Numbered from the stretch's first letter, positions 38,505 to 48,625 are shown. The stretch: DNA of 64,000 nt from Nitrospirota bacterium (GCA_963790025.1 CAWBMP010000002.1:576001-640000), one strand, 5' to 3'. Numbers and translations: made by a program. Notes: a model not told the origin generated them from the sequence alone.

Positions 38505-39754
38505 TATTTTCTGATAATTTCGAATTTAGGCCAGAATTTGATAAAGGCGCCGCCCTGTTCGAGGTACTGCTGATTTTTTTTCATTATGTTTTCAGCATAA
38601 AGCGGCGCAAGCACAACAACGTATTCAGGTTTACGCTCATAAATAGTGCGGGTAGGCAGTACCGGTATATGATAGCCAGGGCTGACCAGGTTATGACGAT
38701 AAGGGTCATCGTCGACAAAGAAGCTGATTAATTCACCAAGACCATAGTTATAAAGAAAAGTCGTGGCCCCGATGGAAGTGCCGAAACCGGCAACTGCCTT
38801 GCCTTTTTGGATCTCCGGGCCCAAGAGTTTCAGAAGGTTTCGTTTTGTCTGTTTGATAAATTCAGCAACACTGTCATGGCGACCAGGCCGGCCCATCTCC
38901 TTTTCTTCCTCAAGTGCAATTAACTGATTTACCGATTTTTCCATACGTCGAGGGCCACCGCGCTTCTGAACAAAACAGCGAATGGAACCGCCTTTGGCAG
39001 GGATACGTTTAACGTCGAATAGTTCCATGCCATAATTTTCACAGAATTTACTGAAGGTTTTGATATAGAAATAAGACAAATGCTCGTGGTTAAAGTTCTC
39101 TATAAGGTTATTCTCTATCACATCCAGATGGTAAAAAGTCTGCATAGAAAATACGCCTTTATCCTTTAATAAATGATGCACTCCCTTCAGAAAGTCTGCG
39201 GAATCATTGACATTCGCAAATATATGGTTGGCAATAAAATAATCGGCTTGTCCTTTCTCAGCGCGAATCTTCCTTGCCAATTCAAAATTAAAATAATCCT
39301 GGAGCGTCGGGATACCGCGTTCGTTCGCCTGCCTGACCAGATTCAGCGCCGGTTCTATGCAGAGGATTTCGGCGCCTTTATCTTTCATATATTTTGAAAA
39401 CAAGCCGTCATTGCTGCCAGCCTCGATCGAAAATACCGGACCGTCACTCTTAAATTCCCCCAGCAGATATTCGGCATATTCTTTATAAGCGTCGGACAGG
39501 ACCGGATTGGTTGCAGCGGGTCTCGATAAATAATTCTGATAAATAAGCCCCGGCTTGATATAACCGCTGTTCTGATAATGACCGCATTGCCTGCAGAGCA
39601 TTACATCCAAGGGATAGGTCCTGTTTGTCAAATCCTTCTGGTCCTCCGGCAAATAACGGTCACCAATCGGCAGCGAAGCCAGACTCAAGTCAAGCTCCAT
39701 GTCCTTGGAACCACACATGCGGCAATCCGTCCAGACAAAATAATCATCACTCAT
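38504..39754 (-). CDS. NDP-hexose C-methyltransferase-like protein
   Basis: CRMC...CRQC, EAGSNDG, IEPA, HEHLSYF, GGSIR, FFVDD. Confidence 0.85.
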   Translation of the reverse strand: MSDDYFVWTDCRMCGSKDMELDLSLASLPIGDRYLPEDQKDLTNRTYPLDVMLCRQCGHYQNSGYIKPGLIYQNYLSRPAATNPVLSDAYKEYAEYLLGEFKSDGPVFSIEAGSNDGLFSKYMKDKGAEILCIEPALNLVRQANERGIPTLQDYFNFELARKIRAEKGQADYFIANHIFANVNDSADFLKGVHHLLKDKGVFSMQTFYHLDVIENNLIENFNHEHLSYFYIKTFSKFCENYGMELFDVKRIPAKGGSIRCFVQKRGGPRRMEKSVNQLIALEEEKEMGRPGRHDSVAEFIKQTKRNLLKLLGPEIQKGKAVAGFGTSIGATTFLYNYGLGELISFFVDDDPYRHNLVSPGYHIPVLPTRTIYERKPEYVVVLAPLYAENIMKKNQQYLEQGGAFIKFWPKFEIIRK

Positions 39755-39804
39755 AGATATTCTCCTAAATTAATTTACCTATAGAATCAAAAAATTTATC
39801 TTCA

Positions 39805-41010
39805 TTAAAGCGCCAATCTGCTGCAATTAAAAATTGAATAAAACCTGCCTCCATTTCGCAGGAAATCACCGTTGGATTTGATAACTTTCTTCTCAATGAG
39901 AGGGTTAACGCCAGTCAAACATATGTCAATCTTCTTTTCAATCAAAGCGCTTGATGGCAGAATTGCGAGTTTGCTTCCAGGCATCAGGCATCTTTGCTTA
40001 TCCATGTCGTCATCCACAATAAATTCAATATAATGATGCAAATCATATATATTAATGAATTTAATTGCCAGATGGCTTGCTCCCAATAACGCGACCTTTT
40101 TTTTTTGCTTTCGATATTTTTCGAAAAGCTTATGGTAATACGCCTTATTCACAGGCACCGCTTCTGACAATTGTTCAAATCTCCGCCTTTCTGCTTTTCT
40201 GTCTTCATCTGTTAAAGAGTGACTATACCCCCCCCTTTTTTTTTGCAGGATCATTATCAACGAATTCTCAAGCGGGTATTTATAAGAGAGCTGTTTTACT
40301 GTCCGGCAATTGAAATGACCCCAAAAAACTGAAAATGTTTTTGGCGTGAAATAGACAACGTGCTCCTCCCATGCGACCATCACATCCCTTAAATCAAATG
40401 CCCTCTGCTCGTCGGGGACTTCAATGACCAGATAACCGTTATCATCAACAAGCTCGATCAATGCCTGCATAAAGCGCGCAGGCTTATGCGCGTGTTCAAG
40501 AATATGCCTTGCTATCAATATATTGCATCTCCCTCTGGAGGATACAATTGATCTCGCCATGTCAGGTGTAAGGCGATGCTGTATGCTTTCAACTCCGGCC
40601 CGGTTTGTCCGTCTGACTCCCAGATCGTCTCTCAGGTGAAGACGATAACTATCCGAAAATCCGAATTTATTGAGTCGTGCCAGGGTAGAGTCGTCCTTAT
40701 AACTGAGACCCAGTACTTTTGAGTCCGAACTGATGCCCTGCAACCCCTTAATGACCTCTACCAGACTGTCAAGATGCGCTTCGGGCTCGTTATATTTAAT
40801 CCAGGAATAAGGTGGTATTACCTGTGTATAAGAAACTGGATTATTGAGCTGTATCGTTGCACAGGACTCGCAAAAACCGAGCCGTAAAGGATAAAGCTTC
40901 TCCTTAACGGTTACATGCTGCAGAAATCTATTGGAAACAGGCTGCTCTCCTAAATCCAACATAAGGCTCAATTCTGATCTGCCGCAAACCCTGCAAACAG
41001 ACTTACTCAC
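39805..41010 (-). CDS. C-methyltransferase homolog with degenerate SAM-binding motif
   Basis: CRVC...CESC, RHILEH, EEHVVYF, FIVDD retained; motif I reads GLSYKDD. Confidence 0.75.
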   Translation of the reverse strand: MSKSVCRVCGRSELSLMLDLGEQPVSNRFLQHVTVKEKLYPLRLGFCESCATIQLNNPVSYTQVIPPYSWIKYNEPEAHLDSLVEVIKGLQGISSDSKVLGLSYKDDSTLARLNKFGFSDSYRLHLRDDLGVRRTNRAGVESIQHRLTPDMARSIVSSRGRCNILIARHILEHAHKPARFMQALIELVDDNGYLVIEVPDEQRAFDLRDVMVAWEEHVVYFTPKTFSVFWGHFNCRTVKQLSYKYPLENSLIMILQKKRGGYSHSLTDEDRKAERRRFEQLSEAVPVNKAYYHKLFEKYRKQKKKVALLGASHLAIKFINIYDLHHYIEFIVDDDMDKQRCLMPGSKLAILPSSALIEKKIDICLTGVNPLIEKKVIKSNGDFLRNGGRFYSIFNCSRLAL

Positions 41011-41549
41011 CGATCCATCCCTTTTTCGGCCCTGGCAAGAAACATCAAGATCGAATCCATATATTTCTCTTTCGCACCTTCATCGTTTTCCTCGGGTGCC
41101 CACGATGCATAAACAGTGTCTTCACTGTTGAAAGGGCCATTTGTAGTCTCATGAAAGATGACAAATCCCGACAAGACAACAACAGAATGGAAATAATCTT
41201 TTACAAGCCTGTAGTAAAATTGCCGACCGCTGGAATACTCACCCATGAACACCGTATCTACAATACTGCCGTAATCGTCAAACAGCGTTACTGCGAGATT
41301 CCCTTCTATGATATGGAAAGATTCGCTTTTATTTGTATGCTTGTGCGGCCGGATATAACTACCCTTGCCGAGGTATATCAACATCTCATGCAACCTGTCG
41401 CCGCTGTCCGGGTGTGTGCATAGTCGCGCCCTTTTTCTGGTAGTCTCCGATCCCTTTGCCTTCAAAAATTCAATGTCATGAATATCGACCGTTGTAAGCC
41501 TGTCCGTTGTATAAAAGACCTCGTCGTTAAACTTTCTGATGTTCAGCAT
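41007..41549 (-). CDS. WbuC-family cupin metalloprotein
   Basis: RKRARLCTH, LHEMLI, YIRPHKH, KSESFHIIEG, ETTNGPF. Start moved to ATG 41549. Confidence 0.85.
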   Translation of the reverse strand: MLNIRKFNDEVFYTTDRLTTVDIHDIEFLKAKGSETTRKRARLCTHPDSGDRLHEMLIYLGKGSYIRPHKHTNKSESFHIIEGNLAVTLFDDYGSIVDTVFMGEYSSGRQFYYRLVKDYFHSVVVLSGFVIFHETTNGPFNSEDTVYASWAPEENDEGAKEKYMDSILMFLARAEKGMDR

Positions 41550-42444
41550 TCCGAATTTCCAGTCGCTTATCAGACAGAAATTGCTCAAGCAATTTCGTCT
41601 CTAACCTGATCTCATCTTCAGAAACATCTGATCCATGTTCAAATAAAAAAACAACAGAATCATTCAATTTTGAATTAATCAGCGGATAAAAATAAGATTC
41701 CTTCTTAATGCTTGAATGGCTCCTTTTATTATTATCATGAACATTGTCGCTGCCGTGTATGTGCACTTCGTGTATGTATTTCCCGAGTCTCACCAGGTCC
41801 GAAATATTGCCGCACTCAAACGCATGCCCCATGTCGAGAAGCAAGCCGGTATTGGGGAACTCCTGAAACAATTCCAGAAAATCATGCTGTCCGGCAGGAT
41901 AACTGTCTGCAAAAGTTGTATCCAGATTCTCCACCATCAGTGTAACATCCGAACGCACAGCCTTTTCAGAGGCGTACCGCATGAGATCCCTGAATTTCAG
42001 TATGCAATCATTTCTGTCCTTTGATTCGCCCATTTCAGGCTTATAAAAATTACCCCTTCCTCTAATCCCCAAACTGACTTCGTTTAAAACAGCCGGATGA
42101 ATACTGATATAGGTACTTTCAAGGAGTTCTGCAGCAGTAAACAGGTTGTCTACTATTACTTTATTGATGCCGCTCATCCCGTCTGCCGGATTAAACCATA
42201 TCCTGTCATTGTGCGGCGGAAATAAGGTATGAACAGTAAACTCAACGCGCCGGAAATCTCTCCTGATTTTCTTAAGAACATCCCAGATATTTTCTTCAAA
42301 AACATGTGCGGCCCCTATTTCCACCATATTAAATCCCAGCTCCGTGACCTTCCGGACCGACTCATAAACCGTGTAGCCCTGGGTCGCATAATATGTAGTG
42401 CTTAAGCCGATAATATTCTCATGGAGATCAAAGGGAGATTGCAT
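41527..42444 (-). CDS. Sugar-phosphate isomerase/epimerase (xylose isomerase-like TIM barrel)
   Basis: VEI, SIHP, MVENL, LDMGHA, EVHIH, H, FE metal-ligand pattern. Confidence 0.78.
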   Translation of the reverse strand: MQSPFDLHENIIGLSTTYYATQGYTVYESVRKVTELGFNMVEIGAAHVFEENIWDVLKKIRRDFRRVEFTVHTLFPPHNDRIWFNPADGMSGINKVIVDNLFTAAELLESTYISIHPAVLNEVSLGIRGRGNFYKPEMGESKDRNDCILKFRDLMRYASEKAVRSDVTLMVENLDTTFADSYPAGQHDFLELFQEFPNTGLLLDMGHAFECGNISDLVRLGKYIHEVHIHGSDNVHDNNKRSHSSIKKESYFYPLINSKLNDSVVFLFEHGSDVSEDEIRLETKLLEQFLSDKRLEIRNAEHQKV

Positions 42445-43473
42445 TTACATCCTGATTATGCACCGTGCGGCTTCACCTCTACGCATGGCGGCAATTGCGT
42501 CGTTAATTTCATCAAGGCTGAACCTGTGAGTTACCATTCCCTTGAAATCCAGATTTTTGACCCTCTGGAGATTGCTATATCTGGGGATATCGACAGATGG
42601 ATTGCTTTCCCCGCCATGTGAGCCCTTAATCACCTTATCAAAGTGGAGAGGAAGGGAATAAATGCTTATCCTTTCGCCCGCCCTGGGGACGCCGACCAGT
42701 ACGGTCCTCCCTGTCGGGGCCGTTATCTCGTATGCCAGGTCAATTACCTTAACTATTCCGGTGTTGTCGATCGCCGCATCAACGCCCTGTTTGCCGGCAA
42801 TTTTAAGGATTTCTTCCTTAACGTCAACTTTGGAAGAATTTATCAGATGGGTCGCGCCGAACCTTGCGGCCATCTCGAGTTTATGGTCATACAGATCGAT
42901 CGCTATTATGGGATAGGCAGATACAAGGGCCGCTCCCTGCACTTCATTGAGACCGACTCCCCCGATGCCGAAAATGGCAACCGATTCTCCGATTTTCAAT
43001 TTCACATTGTTGTTGATGACGCCGAAACCCGTTGTTATCGCGCAACCCATCAGGGCGGCAACCTCAAAATCCATATCATCGGGTATAGGGGTAATGCGAT
43101 TTTCGGATACAACTGCATATTCATTAAACGTGGTGACGTATCCGGCGTTTACAACTTTGTCACCCCATTTGTATTGCGGGACGCCTGATTCGATACCGAT
43201 ACCTTTTCGCCAGTGCATAACAACATGATCATCCTTCTTAACATGCTTCACACCGGGCCCGACATCCTGGACAATACCGCCTCCCTCGTGGCCGAGCAAA
43301 TGCGGCAGAAACTTGTCCGGCCCCTTCACACCGCCAATCTCTCCTATCTGTGAACCGCATATCCCGCTGCAGACAACTTTGACAAGCACTTGCCCGTACT
43401 GCAGCCCGTCAGGGACACCAACTTCGTCGATTATCAAAGGTTTGTTCTGCTCAACAAGTATTGCCGCCTTCAT
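42445..43473 (-). CDS. Zn-dependent medium-chain dehydrogenase
   Basis: MKAAIL, GICGS, LGHEGGG, GCAITTG, FGIGGVG. Start moved to ATG 43473. Confidence 0.9.
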   Translation of the reverse strand: MKAAILVEQNKPLIIDEVGVPDGLQYGQVLVKVVCSGICGSQIGEIGGVKGPDKFLPHLLGHEGGGIVQDVGPGVKHVKKDDHVVMHWRKGIGIESGVPQYKWGDKVVNAGYVTTFNEYAVVSENRITPIPDDMDFEVAALMGCAITTGFGVINNNVKLKIGESVAIFGIGGVGLNEVQGAALVSAYPIIAIDLYDHKLEMAARFGATHLINSSKVDVKEEILKIAGKQGVDAAIDNTGIVKVIDLAYEITAPTGRTVLVGVPRAGERISIYSLPLHFDKVIKGSHGGESNPSVDIPRYSNLQRVKNLDFKGMVTHRFSLDEINDAIAAMRRGEAARCIIRM

Positions 43474-43486
43474 CCCATGCCTTCCT

Positions 43487-44149
43487 TTACTCGAAATAAA
43501 TGAACGAGTGGTCCCCCTTGTAACCGGCAAGGTCAAAAAACCATTCCCACTCTTTTGGCGCAAAAAAACACTCACCGGTCAGCACCCAATACATCAGATT
43601 GACCTTTTCCTCTTCATTCCTGTACGACTCAACGACAGTATATTTGTTCTTCCGTCCGACCCGCTCCATCTCCTTCAGTGCGGAAACCACGTCATAGCAC
43701 GGCAGATTGTGAATAGTATTAAGGGAGATTACAAGGTCAAAACTGTTGTTTTCATAAGGCAATGAAGCGGCATTGCCGGTCATGAGAAACTGGCGGACTT
43801 CCTCTTTGGAATTGTTTATCGCGTATTCGGATATGTCCAAACCGGTTATTTCAACGCCAGGCACGACCTGGGTGAATTCATAGAGCAAAAAGCCTTTCCC
43901 GCAGCCCACATCAAGGATGCGGTCTCCCGACTTAATGCTATAATGGTCAGCCATTGCCTGGGCCACTTTCTTCCATCTGCCGTCATACTTATAGCCGCCG
44001 TATCCGAACTTCCGGTCGCCGTCCCAGTAATCGAAGTCATACTTCTTTGCACGCTTGATCGCCTCGGCTTTGGGAAATTCGTTCACCCTGCCCAGGTAAT
44101 CCCGCTTTGTGCTCTTATGATTAGCAGCCAGGAAATCAATATAAGCCAT
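43487..44149 (-). CDS. Class I SAM-dependent methyltransferase
   Basis: DYWDGDRKFGYGGY, LDVGCGKGFL, GLDISEYA, FDLVIS. Confidence 0.9.
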   Translation of the reverse strand: MAYIDFLAANHKSTKRDYLGRVNEFPKAEAIKRAKKYDFDYWDGDRKFGYGGYKYDGRWKKVAQAMADHYSIKSGDRILDVGCGKGFLLYEFTQVVPGVEITGLDISEYAINNSKEEVRQFLMTGNAASLPYENNSFDLVISLNTIHNLPCYDVVSALKEMERVGRKNKYTVVESYRNEEEKVNLMYWVLTGECFFAPKEWEWFFDLAGYKGDHSFIYFE

Positions 44150-44152
44150 AAC

Positions 44153-45082
44153 TTATGCTCCTTTAATTAATGTATTTATCGTCGATACAACTTTTTCTGC
44201 TGTTATTCCATAAGATTGCATAATAAAATCCTGGGAACCATAGAGCGAGGGAAAAACATCGGGCAACGAGATCTTTGCAAACTTCTTTGGTTCTGCGAAG
44301 TTCGCCCCTGCTATAATGTCTGCGACCGCGCTTCCAAGCCCGCCGATTGCAGAGTGTTCTTCCACCGTCACAACGGCCTTCACCCTGCCCGATACGCCGA
44401 GTATTGCATCATTATCTAACGGTTTTACCGTATGGACATGCAGCACCCCTGTATCTATCCCGCTTTTTGTCAGGGTCTCAGCTGCTTCCAGTGCCAATTT
44501 AAGAACAATGCCCGTTGTAATAATGACCGCGTCGTTCCCGCAACGCATGGGGACCGCTTTTCCGATTACAAAAGAATTATCCGGCGAACTGACAACAGGT
44601 TCCCCCCCTTTGCCGAGACGTATATACATAGGACCTTCGTACTCCAGGGTCAGCGGCATCAGCCTTTTCATCTCCTCAGCATCGCAGGGGGCAACAATGG
44701 TCATATTGGGGATCGTCCGCATCAGCGCTATATCCTCAAAAGCGATATGTGTCGGTCCAAGCGGCGCATAAACCACCCCGCCTCCGCTGCCGATAATCCG
44801 GACCTTCAGTTTATGCATAGCCGCGTCAAGCAGCAACTGTTCATAACATCTGCGGGTCAAAAAGACGGCAATGGTATTTAAATAAGGTATCTTGCCATTC
44901 ATCGCAAGGCCGGACATCACTCCGATGATATTCGCTTCTGAAACTCCCTCCATAAAATAACGTTCTGGAAATTCCTTCTGAAAATCAGCCAGGGTCCCAG
45001 CTCCGATATCAGAACCGAAAAAAAGCACCCGCTTGTCCTTCCTGGCCAATCCATAAATTTCGTTAAGGCATGTTTTTCTCAT
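44153..45082 (-). CDS. Transketolase, C-terminal (pyrimidine-binding) subunit
   Basis: GVSEAN, RCYEQ, LGPTH, YIRLGK, TVKPLD, VEEH. Confidence 0.92.
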   Translation of the reverse strand: MRKTCLNEIYGLARKDKRVLFFGSDIGAGTLADFQKEFPERYFMEGVSEANIIGVMSGLAMNGKIPYLNTIAVFLTRRCYEQLLLDAAMHKLKVRIIGSGGGVVYAPLGPTHIAFEDIALMRTIPNMTIVAPCDAEEMKRLMPLTLEYEGPMYIRLGKGGEPVVSSPDNSFVIGKAVPMRCGNDAVIITTGIVLKLALEAAETLTKSGIDTGVLHVHTVKPLDNDAILGVSGRVKAVVTVEEHSAIGGLGSAVADIIAGANFAEPKKFAKISLPDVFPSLYGSQDFIMQSYGITAEKVVSTINTLIKGA

Positions 45083-45900
45083 TTTGAAGATTCCAATCCC
45101 TCTTTTAAATCACGCAATTCATTGTCGGAGACTTTGGCTTTATGGTGCCAGGAAGCATTACCTTCAAGAAATCCTATACCTTTCCCCTTTATCGTATGGC
45201 ATATAATCACACTTGGCTTGCCGTTCTCAAAAGGAACGTCAAGCAATGCATTCCTGATCGCCTGCACATCATGCCCGTCAACTTCCTTTACTGCAAAGCC
45301 AAAACCAAGCCATTTCCCGGCAAAAGGTTCAAGATCCATCACATCGCATGTATTGCCGTAACATTGCATCTTATTGTAATCAACAATAACAACAAGGCGG
45401 TCGAGTTTATGTTTGGCAGCACATAAGGCAGCCTCCCAAACCGACCCTTCATTGCATTCACCGTCTCCTGTCAGCACATATGTTCTATAGTCATTACCAT
45501 CTATCTTCCCGTTTAAAGCAATGCCTATACCGATCGACAGCCCATGACCGAGAGAGCCGGTAGAGGCCTCGACCCCGGGTATTTTAAGATACTCGGGATG
45601 TCCGCCGAGCATAGCGCCGGGGCTGCAAAACCGGTAAAGCTCCTCCTCGGGGAAAAAGCCCTTATCAGCCAGGATGGTGTAAAGCGCAAGGCATCCGTGG
45701 CCTTTACTTAAAATAAAGCGGTCTCTGTCCGGCATCAATGGTTTGTCAGGTCGCACTTTAAGCACATCGTCATAAAGCACACGCAGAATCTCCATTATGG
45801 AAAATGCCGACAAGATATGACCCCTGCGTGCGTGCTCAATAATATTGAGTATTTGTCTCCTCAGCGTAATGGAACGACTATCCAGTTTATTGTTATGCAT
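45079..45900 (-). CDS. Transketolase, N-terminal (TPP-binding) subunit
   Basis: DRFILSKGH, STGSLGHGL, GDGECNEGSVWEA, DGHD, TIKGKG. Confidence 0.93.
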   Translation of the reverse strand: MHNNKLDSRSITLRRQILNIIEHARRGHILSAFSIMEILRVLYDDVLKVRPDKPLMPDRDRFILSKGHGCLALYTILADKGFFPEEELYRFCSPGAMLGGHPEYLKIPGVEASTGSLGHGLSIGIGIALNGKIDGNDYRTYVLTGDGECNEGSVWEAALCAAKHKLDRLVVIVDYNKMQCYGNTCDVMDLEPFAGKWLGFGFAVKEVDGHDVQAIRNALLDVPFENGKPSVIICHTIKGKGIGFLEGNASWHHKAKVSDNELRDLKEGLESSK

Positions 45901-46982
45901 TACACACCCTGTTTCAGCAATGAAATGGGAAAAGTACGGTTCAGGAAATCCTCTGAAAACTCTGCAAGTTTATTTTTTGCCTTTTTCAGTTGAGCTGCAC
46001 AGGCCTCCTGACAGGACCCTTTTTCATACGCAGACCACACAAAGACATTAAGCATTATGAGACACCACTTGAGGGCCAAAAGAATGTATGCCAGAGGCAG
46101 GCGTTTCGAATAGAATTCATCGCGCCCGAGAAAGGCAGCAGTCTTCTCAAAAAAATAGTCCCTGTATTTGCGGGGCAACGGCACTTCAGGCTGCAGAAAA
46201 AAATCCGCAGCCAGTTTAGCAGGGTCGTCCCATCCGTAATATTCGAAATCTATAAAGACGAGGGACCCGTCGTCACGCTTGATAGCATTATGAAACCCGA
46301 AATCGGAAGGACTCAAAATCCTGTGCGCTTCAGGCAGTTCTCTATCGATGTCCATTTCAAAGCTGTTGCATTGTTCCTCTACAAACGTTTTCATTTCATC
46401 GAATACCGGCAGAAATTCCTTGTCCATAAAGCTTTGAAAACTTTTCGATAAAATGTGATCATGGCCCGGCAATCTCAATCTCTTTATACGATTTTCTATG
46501 CTCTTTATATAGTCCCGCAGTGAAAAGCAGGCTTCGGATGCATCGGGCTGCCTCCCGGATTCGCCGTCAGCGGCAATCGAGCAGAGTTTCTCGAGGAACA
46601 CAGCCGCCTGTTCTACGTCCGAAGATGATATTTCGCCCGGCTTCAGCTTACGACCCCGAATATAACCGTACAGGCCGATCCTGCTTTCGCTGTCCATAAA
46701 AACAGGTTCAGGGACAGAGCGGATTCCGTTGTCCCATAAAAAAACCAGTCCCGAATATTCGGTCCCTGCGCGGTCCCTCGTATCACCTTTCCTGGTGATA
46801 TATTTCTTGGCAAGATATTCCGTTCCGGAATCCGTGATGACATGGAATACGGAACTGTTGGCCCCGCCCCGGAACTGGTCGATCCTGACCAGCTTTTGAC
46901 CTGTTCTTTCAGAAAGCAGGCTTTCAAGTTTATCGGCAACTGCCGCAGCTTCAGGAGTTGAAAAAGTATTTTGTGATTTCAT
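45900..46982 (-). CDS. APH/choline-kinase-like phosphotransferase
   Basis: GGANSSVF, K, SPSDFGFHN, FIDFEYYGWDDP. Start moved to ATG 46982. Confidence 0.8.
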   Translation of the reverse strand: MKSQNTFSTPEAAAVADKLESLLSERTGQKLVRIDQFRGGANSSVFHVITDSGTEYLAKKYITRKGDTRDRAGTEYSGLVFLWDNGIRSVPEPVFMDSESRIGLYGYIRGRKLKPGEISSSDVEQAAVFLEKLCSIAADGESGRQPDASEACFSLRDYIKSIENRIKRLRLPGHDHILSKSFQSFMDKEFLPVFDEMKTFVEEQCNSFEMDIDRELPEAHRILSPSDFGFHNAIKRDDGSLVFIDFEYYGWDDPAKLAADFFLQPEVPLPRKYRDYFFEKTAAFLGRDEFYSKRLPLAYILLALKWCLIMLNVFVWSAYEKGSCQEACAAQLKKAKNKLAEFSEDFLNRTFPISLLKQGV

Positions 46983-47568
46983 TCCAATCGTTAAAATGCC
47001 TGATCTGCCGAGGCATGTCTCTTTGGGGCCCCGACCCATAAAGGATCCTTTCGACCTGCTCCGGGAAACCGTCGTTTGTAAGAACTTCTATCAGGTCATC
47101 CACAAAGTGCGTACATTTCCGGTCAGCGATCTCTTTCAGCTTCTCGCCGAGGGTCCCGACAAATACGGCATCGGAACGCGACAAGCCAAGTTCAGTGAAA
47201 AACCCGTTCGCCTCAAGCCATCTGACCGCAGCTTCACGAAGGTTCAGCTTGGGACCCAGGGCAGGATATTCCGTCTTATGGCTTATAATGGAAATGCCTG
47301 TCGAGGTTTGCCTGCAAAGCTGCACAAATTCCCTGACCCCTTGCGCGGGCTGTGCGTCTTCGATATAATGCCCGTATACGAAGGCCTGAAGCTCAGTCCA
47401 CTTTTCTTCTCCGTGCGGAAGTTTTCTTATGGTATCGCGGATGATCTGTTTCTTCCTTTTAACGTCCCTGGAAACCAGGCCTGCGTCGAATGCATGCTTA
47501 TAAAAAACATCGTCATAGATGACCGTTGTATTATCGAAATCAATGCCTATATGAATGTTGCGGTTCAT
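46951..47568 (-). CDS. HAD-superfamily hydrolase
   Basis: IGIDFDNT, ISHKT, K, HFVDDL. Confidence 0.8.
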   Translation of the reverse strand: MNRNIHIGIDFDNTTVIYDDVFYKHAFDAGLVSRDVKRKKQIIRDTIRKLPHGEEKWTELQAFVYGHYIEDAQPAQGVREFVQLCRQTSTGISIISHKTEYPALGPKLNLREAAVRWLEANGFFTELGLSRSDAVFVGTLGEKLKEIADRKCTHFVDDLIEVLTNDGFPEQVERILYGSGPQRDMPRQIRHFNDWNEITKYFFNS

Positions 47569-47571
47569 GAT

Positions 47572-48573
47572 CTACGGTTGATGAATATACTCGTGGGGCA
47601 GATCTTCGATGTTATTCCATTCCCGTTCGATCCACTCGACTACCCCGGATATTCCCTCATCAAATGAAACGACGGGCTTCCATCCGAACTCGCTTCTCGC
47701 TTTGCCTGAATCTATGACATAGGCCTTATCTTGTCCCGGACGCTCCGCAACCTCACGGGTCGATTGTTCAAAGTCCCTGTTCATTTTGTCGCATATCATT
47801 TTAACGACGTCCCTCACCGATATTCCGGAATCCGGCGACAGGTGGTAAATGTCTCCCGGCTTCCCGTTTTCCATTACTGCCAATTCTCCTCTCGAAACGT
47901 CCCTGATATGTATGTATGACTTTATCGCCTTCCCGCCTCCATGCAGCCCGACAACCTTGTTTAATTTGCCGTATATGATGACACGGGGGATAATCTTGAA
48001 AAGCTGCTGATGGGCGCCGTACACATTCGTAGAGCGAATATACACCGCGGGCAGTCCATACTGCTTATGAAATGTATACAATGACAGATCTCCAGCCGCC
48101 TTTGAGGCCGCATATGGGGTGCTCGGATTCAGAGGAGCATCTTCCTTTACGACTCCCTCACATGTGCCGTAGACCTCGGGAGTCGATATATGCACGTACC
48201 GTTTTATGAATTTAAACCCGGACAGGTGCTTGAACAGCCTGGTAGCGGCCACGGAATTGGTCTGAAACCAATGTTCCGGATTTTCCCAGCTCGGAGCAAC
48301 TTCACTTTGGGCCGCAAAGTTAATTACGTAATCATGTTCAGCGGACCTGATAAGATCAGCGATCAGATCCATGTCTTTGTTCAGGTCCATCTGATAAAAC
48401 CTGAAATCCGCCCCGGCATGACGCTTATACGGCAGAAACAAGGCGTTTTTTTCACCTGACCTGCTGATACCAGTGACCGAGAACCTGCCTTCAGCCAAAA
48501 GCAGATCTATAAAATCGCTTCCCGAAAAAGAGTTGCTGCCGATAACCAGGACTTTCTGTCTTTTTTGTGTCAT
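47572..48573 (-). CDS. RmlB-related NDP-sugar dehydratase/oxidoreductase (atypical SDR)
   Basis: IGSNSFSG, NFAAQS, ISTPEVYG, PSTPYAASK, NVYG. Confidence 0.8.
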   Translation of the reverse strand: MTQKRQKVLVIGSNSFSGSDFIDLLLAEGRFSVTGISRSGEKNALFLPYKRHAGADFRFYQMDLNKDMDLIADLIRSAEHDYVINFAAQSEVAPSWENPEHWFQTNSVAATRLFKHLSGFKFIKRYVHISTPEVYGTCEGVVKEDAPLNPSTPYAASKAAGDLSLYTFHKQYGLPAVYIRSTNVYGAHQQLFKIIPRVIIYGKLNKVVGLHGGGKAIKSYIHIRDVSRGELAVMENGKPGDIYHLSPDSGISVRDVVKMICDKMNRDFEQSTREVAERPGQDKAYVIDSGKARSEFGWKPVVSFDEGISGVVEWIEREWNNIEDLPHEYIHQP

Positions 48574-48625
48574 GTTTTCATTCCCTGAATAAATCTATGT
48601 CTATTTATCCTATCCATCATGCACG

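Noticed and set aside
44153..45900. Transketolase split as a frameshifted pseudogene
   Set aside because: Clean ATGA overlap at the domain boundary; two-subunit transketolases are common in sugar loci.
45900..46982. Aminoglycoside resistance gene
   Set aside because: Only fold-level kinase motifs; it is coupled inside a biosynthetic operon with no mobile context.
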